Assembly: GCA_026770705.1 (NCBI GenBank)
Contig: JANJGN010000007.1
Coordinates: forward strand, 96,844,001 to 96,908,000
Reading direction: 5' to 3'
Length of the DNA stretch: 64,000 bases
Origin: Isurus oxyrinchus
Taxonomy: Eukaryota
The notes under the pieces are model-generated. The model searched no databases. It was not told the origin of the DNA and saw nothing but the letters and a program-made list of their open reading frames with translations. Below, in pieces: positions 1-12,912 of the stretch; positions within the stretch are counted from its first letter, which is position 1, and each line of letters starts with the position of its first letter. The position numbers were made by a program, and so were the translations under genes.

Positions 1-1400
1 CTGATGGCGCCCTTAGTGAAGCGCAGACATCGCTTACACATTTCCTCGATCCGGTTGGAGAATTGATCCCGTGACACTATCGGCAAATACGGCTTCCTGT
101 AGAGAAAATTGACACCCATCGCTTCCCCACCCATCACTTTCACATTTAACATTTTTTTTCTGATTTATGGTGCCTTTGATGATTCTTTTGCCCATGCACA
201 GTTTCACTTTGACACGCTACTCTTTCATCGATGTATGGACGTAATTATTTAGTGCAGAAGCCCTGAAATTAACAGTGAGTAAATCGTCTAACTCCCTGTA
301 GAATTTGAAACATGGGAAGCTAAAAGCACATTCAAAGTTATAAAAACAGCTAGAAACAAGCCAGCCACGAATTAATACGTGAATAGTTGAAACACAGTTC
401 AAATTGGGCGGCGGTGGGGTTCAAAGTGTATATTTGTTTCACAGACCATTTGGCTGTTCCAAGATCACTTACAGGCCAAAAGTAGGCGCTGCCAAGTTCG
501 CGTTCTCAGCCCGAATGGTTCAGCGAGAATTTTTCAATTTAGTTGGCTGGAGAGGCACGCTGGCTCTTGTTCTGCTCACGCAGCTCACACATTCCCTTTC
601 GAGGGCAACCCCTTTGAGAAGATCTCTCTTAACCGCAAGTTCCAGCAGAAAAGCTGAAGAAAACACAGTGGATAGCTGTGATCATAACGAACGGCCAGTA
701 ACGTTCTCCCGACCAGGCAGCAAAATCTGGGCCATTGTCTTTTTATAATTCAAAGTCGGAAGTTAATTTGTTTTAACTGTAATAGCTGCCCAGTGGAGAT
801 CTTCCGTTTCCCCGCTTCTCGTCATTTCGTCTACAGCAAAGTTCTGCGCACAACGCTCCTCTGCTCCTGGCCTCTGCTCAGCATCCCCTTTAGGGAGCCT
901 ACGCAGGTCAGGCGCAGGGAATGTGCAGTAACCATCCTATGATAGATTGATTTGCGTCCTCCTTGTCCTCCTGCACACGTGCCATGAATTATCTTTCTAC
1001 AAGCCTTTATTTCGCATGTAAATCGCGATTTCCTGGGTGCGCCCCTGCCGTTTGAATCTTATCTGGGAAATTAAATTTTGCAGCAGACTAAACCCGCCGC
1101 TCACCAAAATTTGCCCTCGTTTTTTTCACTTAATAACAAGACTTTTGCTTCCCAATATGGTTAAAATAAGGGAAATCTCGGCCTTGCTGCTGATATTTTG
1201 GAAGTAGAATCACAGACTCTCGATCATAACGTAATTACCTATTTTACTAATCATAAAATAAATGGCAATACGAAGAACATGAAAGTTCTGAGCCGCGTGA
1301 GGTTTGCATTCGGTTTGCCGCAGTCTCCGGCGTTAACACTGGTGATCTGAAGCATATCACTAACTTTGAACTCTAATAAGGGAGGCACAATCTTAAATCC
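1..1400 (+). repeat. Intronic segment paralogous to ~54407-55800 (old tandem/segmental duplication, copy 1)
   Basis: Colinear shared blocks, e.g. CACATTCCCTTTCGAGG...AAGCTGAAGAAAACAC (~590-666) vs CACATCCCCTTTCGAGG...AAGCTGAAGAAAACAC (~54986-55065); GCAAAATCTGGG (~720 vs ~55120); TCGGCCTTGCTGCTGATATTTTGG (~1178 vs ~55588). Confidence 0.85.
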
Positions 1401-1816
1401 TCATGCTAATCATGGATACATTTTTAATTTTTCTTCAGTTTGTATGCTCAACAAGATGGCATTTTCCCCCAAGCATTTCGGAAAATAGATGATAGTCAAC
1501 CAGAACCAATTGAAAGGCTCCCATATTATATTCCAGTTGAAAGAAAAGCGTGGGATCCATGAAACGGATAATCCTTTTACTATCACCTGTAATTCGCCCG
1601 CTCATGCTCTAAAATTGCCGTCGATATTAAACTGACTTTTATAAAGATATGGATTAGGATGTTGGTACCTTTACGGCACAGTAGAAATCTATGCGCTACA
1701 GCCGCCAACTTTACCCGGTCTCCAACGCCGCATTGACAGGGCTGAAACAAAACGTTTGGCTGTAAACGTTTCGTGGTGTGGAAGTAAAGGTTTTTTCTTC
1801 CCTTTCATTTTTCTAG

Positions 1817-2128
1817 TTCCACCACACCCTCTGAAAAGTAACTCTCAACAACCCGAAATGGATTAATCTGTGTCCCTTGCTGTCTTATTCTCGACATCTC
1901 CCTTTTACCCGAAGGATATCAGCTTCATTTGGTACAAACATGGAATGAAGACAACAACGGGGATAAACACCATTATTAAACCCAAGACCGCTGGAATATA
2001 TGAAGCTTCTGGTCGCTTGCAAGAGACTCAGGTTATCCCGACTGGAACTGTTTATACCTGCCTGGCAAACCACAATACCCTACAAGTTTCAGTCTTGGCC
2101 TCTCACATTGTCACCTATCCCAGCACAG
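1817..2128 (+). pseudogene. Ig C1-set domain pseudo-exon of a V-C1 IgSF receptor (SIRP/NKp30-like), gene 1
   Basis: Polypyrimidine+AG at 1815-16, GTAAG donor at 2129, phase 1/1. Reads VPPHPLK...*SVSLAVLFSTSPFYPKDISFIWYKHG...GIYEASGRL...VYTCLANHNTL (C1 motifs FYP, W, YxC..H). In-frame TAA at 1864-66; B-strand Cys replaced by Phe. Confidence 0.8.
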
Positions 2129-2429
2129 GTAAGAATTCTGATAAAAGCACAGAGTCTGAAAGCATATTCGATCTAGCATGCAAGTAGTGCTTTATTGGAA
2201 GAGTGGTGTAAAGTCGTACCAGGCAACAGCGCATTACTAATGACACTGCAATTGAGTCATCTTAAATAACATATTAACTGCCTTTATTAATTGTTTCTAT
2301 GTAAACAGCTCCCACGAACTTTTCAGGCAGATTCTTTGAGATCTTCCCAACCCTCCGTGAGAAAATATTACTCCTCTATTTATGATAGGTTTAATTTTAA
2401 CGATTTGAGTCCGAATTAGTTAAATTATT

Positions 2430-3060
2430 CGAGTCGAAATAGTTCCACCTGATTCAATCAAAAATTCATAATTTTACGAAGCGCCTTAATCTTTGTGGCT
2501 CCAATGCGAAAATTTTAGTTCCTCCCAATTTTCCAAACAACTGAAGGCATTCATCGCTGTAAACCTCCTCCACAGCCTTTCAAAGGTCTTAGCGTTCTTG
2601 CTAAACCGTCATGTCCAGATTTGCATCAAACACCACAGCTGTAGTCTTACTAGAGATTTGTAAACGTTTACCATGAATGCCTTGCTTATATATGGAATGC
2701 CCCTATCTACAAATTTAACTAATCCCAGGGGCACCTGTAAGCCCCTTATGATCTTGCCCCGTCATATTCAAGGCTGCAGAATATGCAACCCAAGGTTCTA
2801 CTATTTTTGCATCAAAATCAGATTACTTAGACTATGCTGCCTCTCATGTTGTTCCGTCCAAAGCTCACAAGTCATTGATATGCGCATTATATTTCACCCT
2901 TATTGTTTCTGACCATTGCCATCCTGACGCCTGCTACTGTCTTCCGCAGGTCAGCCTCAGCAGTTTCTCTTTCGTGCAGGGACTTAGAAATTATACTCGC
3001 GATATTGCGGTCTAAGTCACAGCTATATCAAATAAAACATTCGTTGCTCTAATAATCTCT
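2430..3060 (-). mobile_element. Old CR1-type LINE 3' fragment
   Basis: Degenerate resemblance to the reverse complement of CR1 ORF2 3' regions elsewhere in the window. Confidence 0.45.
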
Positions 3061-3247
3061 TGGGGAACTGATTTAAATTTGGACCTTAGAAGTTCGTTGC
3101 TCAGTTAGTAACTATCAATAGCCCACTGTGAAAATTAATTTAAAAAAAAAACATCTCCGGCCCCACTCTTCCACCGAACTCTCTCCACATCAATGTGCAG
3201 ATTCACCTCATCTGTTGTAGAAGCAGTGTATTTTCCTCCAGTCCTAG

Positions 3248-3539
3248 TTCCGTCAACTCCACCGAAAAGCCAACTGACAATGTTCATTTTCTTTGCTGTT
3301 ATTTTCGTGACATCTCTTTCTTAGTGGGGAGCATACCAGTTTAATTTGGCATAAAGATGGCGTTGATGCAACGATAATCAATATTGCTCAGCCCCAAACA
3401 GATGGCCTATGTGAAGCTTCCAGCCCATTGCAAGACACACAGTCTATCCAAACCGGAACCGAATATATTCACCTGGCCGCTCAATGCAAGCTCCAATTTG
3501 TAGCCTTGACAACTCACGCACTCATCCATCCCTACGCAG
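3248..3539 (+). pseudogene. Second, more decayed Ig C1 pseudo-exon (duplicate of 1817-2128)
   Basis: AG at 3246-47, then VPSTPPKS...FAVIFVTSLS*, frameshift, SLIWHKDG...QTDGLCEASSPLQDTQSIQTGTEYIHLA; colinear with the first C1 exon. Confidence 0.7.
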
Positions 3540-3554
3540 TCTGAAAAATTTACA

Positions 3555-4010
3555 GCACATACAGTCAGACATGACAACGGATGAGCGGTCTAATTTAATC
3601 CCAAACCACTGCATTTCCCTATCCCGCAAGAAGACTCATTTCCTTGCCCGTGTTCATTGCCTCTTTTGAAACTTTCCTTATAAGGTGTTTGCATCAATCT
3701 TTCACTAAATCGTTCTGAATGCTACAAACAATCCACAGTGTAATTATACTCCCTTATTTCCCTCCAGCTCTTTGGTAGCGATTCGGATTCTACTGCTACT
3801 CGTCATAGAATCTTTTCCAGCAGAAATACCTAACCTACTCTTGCATCAGTAAAAAAATACAATTATAATCGACAGTATTTTGATTCATTGTCAACTAAAT
3901 TATCTCCGCTGAGAAAAGGAAATTGCAGCTTATCGAATCTTTCTCCTTAAATAAGGATCCTGATTCAAGCTAAACCTTCTTTATACTGTAATGTTTTAAG
4001 TTTTTATCAA
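3555..4010 (-). mobile_element. Old CR1-type LINE 3' fragment
   Basis: Degenerate CR1 3' end in reverse orientation. Confidence 0.35.
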
Positions 4011-4303
4011 AGTGTGGTAGCCAGAATCGTTTACAATGCAGCAAGTCAAGACGGATCATTGTTTTGTAAACGTTTAGCTTAAATACCCCGATTTTATTTA
4101 CAATGCCGCTACTTATAAATCTAAAAAAATAAAAGAATCGATGTTCCATTTCCGGCACGTTAACTTAACCTTATTCTTGCAGAAACTTGTGAATTTGAAC
4201 TCAGGTGTTCTTCATATTTTCCATGCCGCTGAAAAAGTACTCCTTCCTGCTGTTTCATCCGAATTACACACTGTACGCTTATTTACATTAACATTTACTC
4301 ATC

Positions 4304-4886
4304 GGGCAGAATTTTGCCCTTGGTGGTCGAGCGAGCCCCAACGGCTCGGCGGCGGGCGAGCGGCCGATCCCAAACGCTGAAACGGGGCCCGCCGTCATTT
4401 TGAGTGGGCGAGCCAATTAAGGCCCGCCCAGGGGCATTACGCGCTTCCTGTGCAGGGTTGTGGGGGGGGGGGGAGGGGTTGGTGGCGGGGGGTGATGTTG
4501 GGGGTCTGGAATCCCCAACTTTGCTCTCTGAGGCAGAGTGCTGTCTCAGGGAGTTTACTGACAGGTAAGAAAAGTAAAGAAATAGATAAATAGTAAACTT
4601 ATTAACATGGCCCCCTCATGTGACAATGTCACACGAGATGGGGCATGGTAATAAGAAACACATAACGTTTATTAAATTTTTAAAAAACGGACAATGAAAC
4701 TTCTTCCCGCCAGTGAATTGGCCATTGAAAGGTCGGCGGGCGATCAACTGATTTCGCCGTCAGCCCGCCTTCCTGAAGATTTAAATGGACCGGGATAACG
4801 TTGGGGCTTCCTCCCGACGTCGTCCCCGTCCTTTTCCCCTCGTCAATTGGCCCCGCCCCCACATCACCGAGGAGAAAATTCTGTTT
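4304..4886 (+). mobile_element. Harbinger-type MITE (non-autonomous)
   Basis: Termini GGGCAGAATTTT...AAAATTCTGTTT resemble the TIR of the 7647 element; internal AATTAAGGCCCGCCC motif; no coding capacity. Confidence 0.7.
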
Positions 4887-5997
4887 AAACACTTTGCCAG
4901 TCTAGACATGTCTCCCTGAGGACTGTTCCTTTCATTCTCAATATTTACTGTATTGTTCAATAGTTACCAGTTTTTGAAACATTATCGATTCGTTTCAATA
5001 TACATAATTAGACATGATCAATTTGGTTAGTTAGACAGGATGTGCATTTAATGTATCCTATCTGGGCGTTCATTATAAATCCCGGCTTCTACCGAAGAGA
5101 AATAATGTTATCTTTGATAATGGTCCCCACAAGTGTTCCTGCAATTAACCTCAGACTTACTGAACTCTAATTACTAGCTGGACAACCCATATATCGTTGA
5201 AGGAAACTGCACGTTACGATCCCACCCGCTATTATTTTTTTTAAATTTAAACACATGCATGGAGTTCTGTCAGGTGTGCTGCTCAAAGGCTCCTGTAATT
5301 GTTGTTTAACATTTAGTTCTCCATGGATGCCATGGTGGAAAAGCAGAATAGATGTGAACCAACTCATCTTCAAGAAATTGTATATAATAGTGCTCTCCTC
5401 AAGCTAGGTGGCAGTGTGCTGAATTCCTTAAGCTGTATTTTTAACAACTTTCGTAGCCGTTGTATGAACTGATAACGTAAACATTAACAAATTATAATCG
5501 GAAATAAAGCTAGAGAAAAGGATAGCAGTCTGTCGAATATCTCACATCACAAAGGAGGAACTTGCAATCAGAGAACTATTGAATGGATTGTCTACGCTCA
5601 GAGGGGAACTTAAAGAGTATAAACTCCTTCCCCAATGAATGAGAACTGTATCTCGTTTGGATGACCTGAAGTTTTTCCGGCATGTAGCACAGAATAGTTT
5701 CGGGCGTTATGTGAACAATTTGAAAAGTTGGTGTCAACTGTCTTCTACTGAAATTTCCCAGCACGACTTTTACAAGTTCACAGCATTTTGTTCTTTTGTG
5801 TTTTATAATGTGGCACACGAGCCATGAGGACACTAATTTGATATGCCCTTCAATCTGTAGATATTGACAATGAGATTCAATCTTAATTGATTTTAATGCT
5901 GTTCCTGAACATTTCGTTTACTTGGTTGATAGAATGTAACCGGGGCTGTAACCGGGGCAATTAAAGACTAGAAAATTCGATTGTTTCTGTGTTTCCC

Positions 5998-6117
5998 GAA
6001 AATGATAGTGAACGGACCCCGCGTTTTTCCAATTTTACGGTTTACGTTGGGCTTTCAGACCATTCTCGTGTTGATACTTATTATCGTGGACAATTTCAAA
6101 TCAGCAGCCATTTACAG
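5998..6117 (+). pseudogene. Probable transmembrane exon remnant of IgSF gene 1
   Basis: Hydrophobic reading LRFTLGFQTILVLILIIV followed by a strong donor AG|GTAAGG at 6118; lies downstream of the C1 exons; acceptor degenerate. Confidence 0.4.
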
Positions 6118-6157
6118 GTAAGGTGATTTGTTGTTGCATGCCGTGACGGAGAATTGC

Positions 6158-6672
6158 GGGACTGAATTTTGCCATCGACCAGCAGGGGATGGGGACAGCC
6201 CCATTTAAATTTCAGGAAGGCGGGGGCAACAGAAAAAAAACATGAAACCTCATTCACCGGCGGGATGAGATTTAATGTAGAGATTTAAAAATGTTAATAA
6301 AGTTTTAATGTAATTTATGAACATGTCCCATCTGCTTGTCACATGAGGGGGACATTTTAAGGATTTTCTTTCTATTTTTAACGTTTTTAAAAGTGTCAGT
6401 GATCTCCCTGAGGCAGCCCTTAGCAAGCGCGAAAGAGCGCACACTCTCGTTTTTGGGAAACACTCCCCCACCCCCCCCCCACCCCCCTCACCACCCTCAC
6501 CCCCGCCTGGACAGGAAGCATATAGCGATTCCCGGCAGAGGTTATGCTGGGCGGGCCTTAATTGTCCCGCCCAGGTAAAATGGCGGCGGGGCCCGCTTCT
6601 CCGGCGATTGGCTCCCCGCCTGCCGGAGATTGGATAGGACCAGTCCGCCCCGCAGGCATAAAAGTTCAGCCC
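6158..6672 (-). mobile_element. Harbinger-type MITE, same family as 4304-4886, inverted
   Basis: Termini GGGACTGAATTTT...AAAGTTCAGCCC; CCATTTAAAT..TCAGGAAGGCGGG, GTCACATGAGGGGG and GGGCGGGCCTTAATT are reverse complements of blocks in 4304-4886. Confidence 0.75.
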
Positions 6673-7858
6673 GCACTCACCTCCCAGGGTGAAATGCGAC
6701 ATGCTGAGATATGGTGAAGGTGGCTTGGCGCAATCATAGTTTGAATGTCTAAATCCCGAAACTAGTGTGCACTACTATTGTTTCGAAATAGTTTAAAGGC
6801 AGTTTTAAGAAAAAATCAAACACTGCACTGTAGATTCTATGCTCCAAACTATTCTTGTCAGTTGAGATGGCGATCGATGACGACAAAACGTAAAACATCC
6901 TTAAGATCTGATCTCAACGCATCCTATTTCAAGGTACTTCTATCATTTAAATATTAACCCAATCTCATCAATGAATTACTGGTTCTTGCGGTGGTTTTGC
7001 ACCCTGATATGAGCCAACTGTTCTCAGAGATATTATTGAAACGAGTTCATTTGAATTGTAAATTCATGCAATTAGGCTTTTGGCTGCGTTACATCTAACT
7101 CTGCAAACAGAAAAATCGTTTCTCACGTTGCATCACAGAATCGCAGATAACCTTGAAATACGTAATTTCTCATAAACTGAGAAAGGTTTGTCGTATTAAA
7201 TAGTTAAATATGTGTAATAGGTAATTGTGAGTAAGGAAGCCGGAATTAAACAGTTTCACTTCGTGTAAATCGTTGTTTGTTTACAAAGTAGCAGAAACGC
7301 ACATCAACAAAAATGTACTCACATACATTTTCCCACAGGTTCATCAGTTTCATGCAATTTGATTAAAAATTCTGCATAACTGCCTAATAAGGGATATTGC
7401 GGAAAGATAAACCTATTTACTCTTTCCTCTGTTGCGTAGTCTTAAACTCGCTTTCCTGAGCAAATTTATCAAGGCGGTCCAGGCAAATTCTCTTCTCTTC
7501 CAAAGTTGCACAGCTTCTTGCGGAACCTGGCAGTTGAAATCCAGCAAAATATTATGCGAATTCTGCGTAAATATTGTATGGAGACTTTTTAAATGAATCG
7601 ATCTCTTATTAATTCCAAAAGTTCTTAATATTGACATAATTAAACAGGCCAGAATTTTCCAGCTGACTTGAAGACATCGCAGCCCTCACGTCTGCGCATA
7701 AAATGACGCGCGCAAACGTCGCGCGAAGCGTGTCGACGTCAAAGCGCACCATCTGGATATTTCGGTGGGCGGGCGCGCTCAGTTCGCCCGCCATTAATTG
7801 AACGGCTCGTTAAGGCCCTTAACTTGCCAATTGTGTATGATTTTGAGGGGCATGTGAG

Positions 7859-8170
<312 letters not shown>

Positions 8171-8455
8171 GGATAGTTTCAGAAAGAGAACTTCGGGTCG
8201 GCGCACGGGCCCAACGAGAAGACCGGGGGAGATTATTTAAGAAAACTTTTGTAATGTCGGGTCATGTGGACTCAGAATGGTTGTTCATGTTTTTGAAGAA
8301 GTTATAATTTATGAATTGGTTTAAAAGTTGCCTGTGTGAACGTTTGTAGTTCTCATCGATTTCAAAGAGCTTCTTGTGTATTTTGAAACCAGTCTGCAGA
8401 CTGTAATCTTTATCGGGCCTGCAGCTCTCTGGTGGCCTCCATTTAGCCTGGGGAT

Positions 8456-9690
8456 ATGGGTTCTAACCTCTTCACTACAGGCAGCTCCCCTGAGGAGGAA
8501 GGGAGGGATAGAATAACGAGGAGGCCAGGACTGTTCAATCAGCCACCAGGAGAGCCACCTTTGGGAGGCCAGGCACAGGAACAAGGGGTGCAGAGCCAAG
8601 ACGTTTTCCAAGATGCAAGGGTCTGCACAATTCGCCACTATCCAGCTGCCAGGGCATACAGGCAATGAAGCAGCTATCTCAATGCGACTGAGGTGCAGTG
8701 ATGAAGGTGGCTCCGGCTCTCAAGGGAGACTGTCAACTATATCTGTCAGATGATTGGCCCTGAGATCTCACGTAACTGTGCGGTTGGGTACCCCATGCTA
8801 GCGATTCAGAAGCTCACAGTTGCCCTCCACCTCTATGCCTCTGGCTCCTTCCTGGGCTCAGTGAGTGATCTTTGCTGTGTCTCCAAATTGGCTGTCCGCA
8901 TTTGTGTCAAGCAGGTTACAGATGCTCTGTTCAGATGGGTATCCTCCTTCATCCACTTCCTCTGTGACCAGGCAAGTCAGGCACAGTGAGGAGAGGCTTT
9001 GCAGCTATTGCTGGGTTTCCTCACATCCGGGGTGCTATAGACTGTACACATGTGGCAATGAAGGCGCCAGCAGATGAATGCGGTGCCTTCGTCAACAGGA
9101 AGAGCTTTCACTCCATGAATGTGCCGATAGTGTGTGCTCACAAGATACAGATTTAACAATTCTGTGCAAGGTACCCAGGCAGCTCCCACGATACCTACAT
9201 CATCAGACACTCCCAGGTGCCAGGGATCTTTGGTGCTCCGGCTCAGCTGGGTGGATGGCTGCTGGGTGGCAATGGCTATCCCCAGTGAAGGTGGCTGATA
9301 TTGCCACTAGGCTGTCCAAGAACAGGAGTTGAGTATCTTTATAATAGGAGCCATAGCACCACAAGAGCTGTGGTGGAGAGACACATCGGTCTTCTGAAAG
9401 TGCGCTTCCTTTGCCTGGACCGTTCAGCTGGCAACTCCAGTAACCTCCAGATTGTGTCTCTCTGGTAGTGATAGTCTGCTACGCCTGCACAATGATGTGC
9501 TGGAAAGGGGGGATACAGTTGACGATGAAGACCTTGACACGCTGGATGAGGCTGCACATAATGAATCCAGGAGTTGCTCAGAGGATGAGGAAGCACAGGG
9601 TGATGATGAGGGGCAGAACGATGATGCACGTTTACACCAAGCAGGCAGGGACACTGCGACAATTTAATCCAAAGAACCTTCAGCCTGCAC
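8456..9690 (+). pseudogene. Harbinger (HARBI1-like, DDE_Tnp_4) transposase, disrupted
   Basis: Motifs RLSRETV, KLTVALHLYASGSF, IDCTHVA, NRKSFHSMNV, ARYPGSSHD, LLGGNGYP, YNRSHSTTRAVVERHIGLLKVRF, acidic C-terminal tail; multiple stops and frameshifts. Confidence 0.92.
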
Positions 9691-9995
9691 CACACACATG
9701 GATCAGAAGGAACAGCATTGCCTGGCACTTTCAGACGTGGCACTTGGCTGCCACATATTCCACCAGTTCAACTGCAAATAAGGGCTCCGTACAGAGACAT
9801 CAATGTCCACTGAAACACTCATGATAAATCATTGAAAATAAAAATGCACCACAAACAAAAGACCCTCAGCCATTGTTACAAAGGTGGACTTTATTTCGTC
9901 CAAAAGAAAAACACACACCCTTGTTAGCGATTGCAAAAATATGGGTCCGTTTCTAAGGCCAACACAAAATCACCAGTGACATACCCGTGGAGTGC

Positions 9996-12912
9996 CTAAG
10001 GTGCCTTAAACTTACTTTTTAGGGTGCTACATTTAGGTGCCGCCCCATCGCTTGGCGTGGCTTGGGAGACAGCCTGCTGACACTGGTGTCATTTTGGGTT
10101 TGATTGCCTTGGCGGGCGTCCTCTGGCCCGTGGAGCGTGTGATGGCCCAGCCTAGGAGGGAGTGGCCATTTCCAGAACTGGCAATTCCCCAGTTATCGCA
10201 GCCTCAAAGGAAGAAACATTGCTGCCCTCATCCGGAAAGCCCCGAGCGGAGCTCGCAGCGACAACAGGCAGCTGCTGCACTGACGTGTGTTCCCTTTCGA
10301 CCTCTTTGCTCACTGCAGATGCATGGGCACAGAATGCTGACGCTTGGTGTCCATAGCATCTCCCACATTGGGAATTGCAAACCGTAGCCAAAATTGCTGT
10401 GAGGGCTTGGAGGTCAGAACGTATCCCAATCATGAAATATTCTATCTGATGGAAGCCACTCTCCATGAGCTTCGCCAATCGCTCATCAGAGGAAGCCTGA
10501 AGCTCTGCCCAGGGGGCCAAATATTCATGTGCACTCTGCCTGGACTCCTCCATTGCATAGAGCAACTGAAGCATTCCCTCATGCAATCCTACCAGTTGCA
10601 AAAGCATTTCTTGCCCCCTGTCCTTCTCCAGAGGCACGTCATCAGTGCTGGACTCAGCATGTGTCTCGTCCCCTGCAGCCCTCCTGCTGCTGGCACCATC
10701 GGCACTCTTTCTCCCTACCATCTCCTCCAGCAATCGTGATGTTCCCTGGAAACTATGATCAGGGACACTAGCCAAACGTAAAGGCCCCACCGAGGTGTGT
10801 GTGTCTGTGTTGGTGCTTGGCCGGCTGAAATGATATGCTGCAAGTTGCACTTGTTGGCCCTCAGGGCTGGAGGGGGGAGCGCGGGGCGAGTTGCGGGTCA
10901 TACAGGTGGCGAAGCTGAAATTATCAACAAGAACAGTGTATCCGTTAGTGTACAGTCAGTTAAACCTTTCATCCCTTTCCGTCCAGGCTCATAAGTTGCT
11001 CACTCTTCAAGAACCTAAGGTGAAGAACTTTGATGAGGTGAATAAGAGTTAAGACGAGCCCCAAACATTAAACACACATGCAGAGAGGCTGTTCGGATGG
11101 CCTCAGGAATGCCACATGGCATGTTATATACCATAGGATTGTTGAGAGTGCAGAGGGGCCTGACCTGGATGCATTGTGGCCTGGATAGTTGCGGGGCTGA
11201 GGAAACATCTCAAGCAGTAGTGCCAATTGCCGTTGATCACAGGAGATTGAGAGATCACTTTATTGGCCTTCATTCTGTAAGGAGGGGCATAGAAATGGTG
11301 GGCAGAAGGTACCATTTCCCCTTGGCGCAGGGATGAGTAATCTGTTGGAATTCATCTGAGTTGAGTGCCATGATGATCACAGCTGAGGTGCTGAAGACCT
11401 TTTGGACAAAGTAACGTGGTGTGCACTGGCTGAAAGGGTGCTGGAGGTCGCAAATCCCCTCAGATGAAATAAGTCTTTGCCTGTGCAGCGGTGATCCAAT
11501 GGCACGTTAGACCATGGTGATAGTAGTCACAAATGGAATAAGGTGACTTTGGAAGGGGGTGGAGATGTGAATCCTCAAGGCACGTGGGTCCCTTCTGTAT
11601 GACCCACACGTCAGAATGCCTCAGTCTTTGAATAAGCATTGTTTCAGCATTAACGATTGCAGCAAACATCAGTAGTTTCGATGCTTTGCAGACAGAGTGG
11701 ATGGGACTGTGGACTTCAGATACCCGGCCGCTGGACGCCAGCCTCGCTGCCCCGGCTGCCCTGGCCTCCTGACTCTTGCCCAGCTCCATGGCCTGCTCTT
11801 GAAAAGGCATGAGGCATTGCAGGAGGGCATGCCCACCTCCAGTCCTCCGGCTCCCCCAGGCTTTGTGGTGAGTTTGTGCCTGCAAAATAGAGAAGATACT
11901 TATTGGGGCTGCTCGCCCATGTAGTCTGCATATGCATGCCATACCCCAACCACAGTGGCCCAGCTGCAGCGTCCAGTGCCTCCTGTCCACATTGCTGGTG
12001 GTCAGTCCCCAGAAGATAGCACGGCTGGTCCCAAACCCCTCCCGAAATGACCACCTTGGACACATTCAGCATACATCGCTTTGAATATTACTCTTAGCAC
12101 CCATGACAAGGAGGCGCAACTAGGTGCAGTGCCGATGCCAGCAGATGACACTTGCCCAAAACATCTTGAAGCATCCCTTGCACCATCTCATTGCCATCAA
12201 TATGACATGTGTTGGAGTTATGAGAATTTCTCCAGTGCCCTCCCTGGTAGGCTCCCCCCAGACTACTCAAATGCCACAAAGACCAACATATGCTGCGGCA
12301 TGAACCCTTCTCCTCAATCACTAAAGCTGGGTACCCATTTGCCCACCCAGCGTGGACATGCCCTATGCAGTAACGATAGCAAGACATGGTGGTGGGGGGT
12401 GGGGGGGGGGGGGGGGTGCTGGTGGGGTGGGGGGGGGGCTGAAAGGCTTTGGGTGCCTTTTGGGTCAAATGTCTAAGACAGATATGGTACTCACCTTCCA
12501 GAGCGCAGCAAGTCATTGAATAGTTTCCTGTGTGCCAGTGCGCCGCACATCATCATGGGCGCTTACAGCATCACTCACATCCTCCCCCGCCTGGCTGGTG
12601 ACATGGTGGGCCCTTCACTTCCGGTCGTCTGGATAGAGAATGTGCCGACGGATGCCCACCTCTTGCAAGAATACATCAAGGCATGCATTCGAAAATCGGG
12701 GGACACAGTGCACCCCGCCCCTCGCCCCGCCGCTCCCCGCCCCCCGCCCCGCTCCCCCGCCACCCCCGCTCCCCCACCGCCCTACTCTCCCGCCGCCCCG
12801 CTCCCCCGCTCCCCCGCTCCCCGCTAGCCTCTCCTGCAGCCTGCACCCCTCCTCCTGCTCATGCTGCTATCCACTCGGAACTCCCTCCCTCCCTCTCTCC
12901 ACGAGGGGCCAT
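9996..12912 (-). pseudogene. Harbinger ORF2, Myb/SANT-like DNA-binding protein; 3 exons (~12912-12495, 11879-11724, 10914-9996), disrupted
   Basis: Exon 1 PRFSNACLDVFLQEV...ILYP...KLFNDLLRSGR|GTGAG; exon 2 ..RRTGGG..EQAMEL; exon 3 includes the 249-aa ORF 10152-10901; GT/AG junctions visible. Confidence 0.8.

Noticed and set aside
1870-2187. ORF as an intact single-exon protein or Ig/TCR constant gene
   Set aside because: It is the post-stop part of a spliced C1 exon reading through the donor; first Cys missing and upstream in-frame stop.
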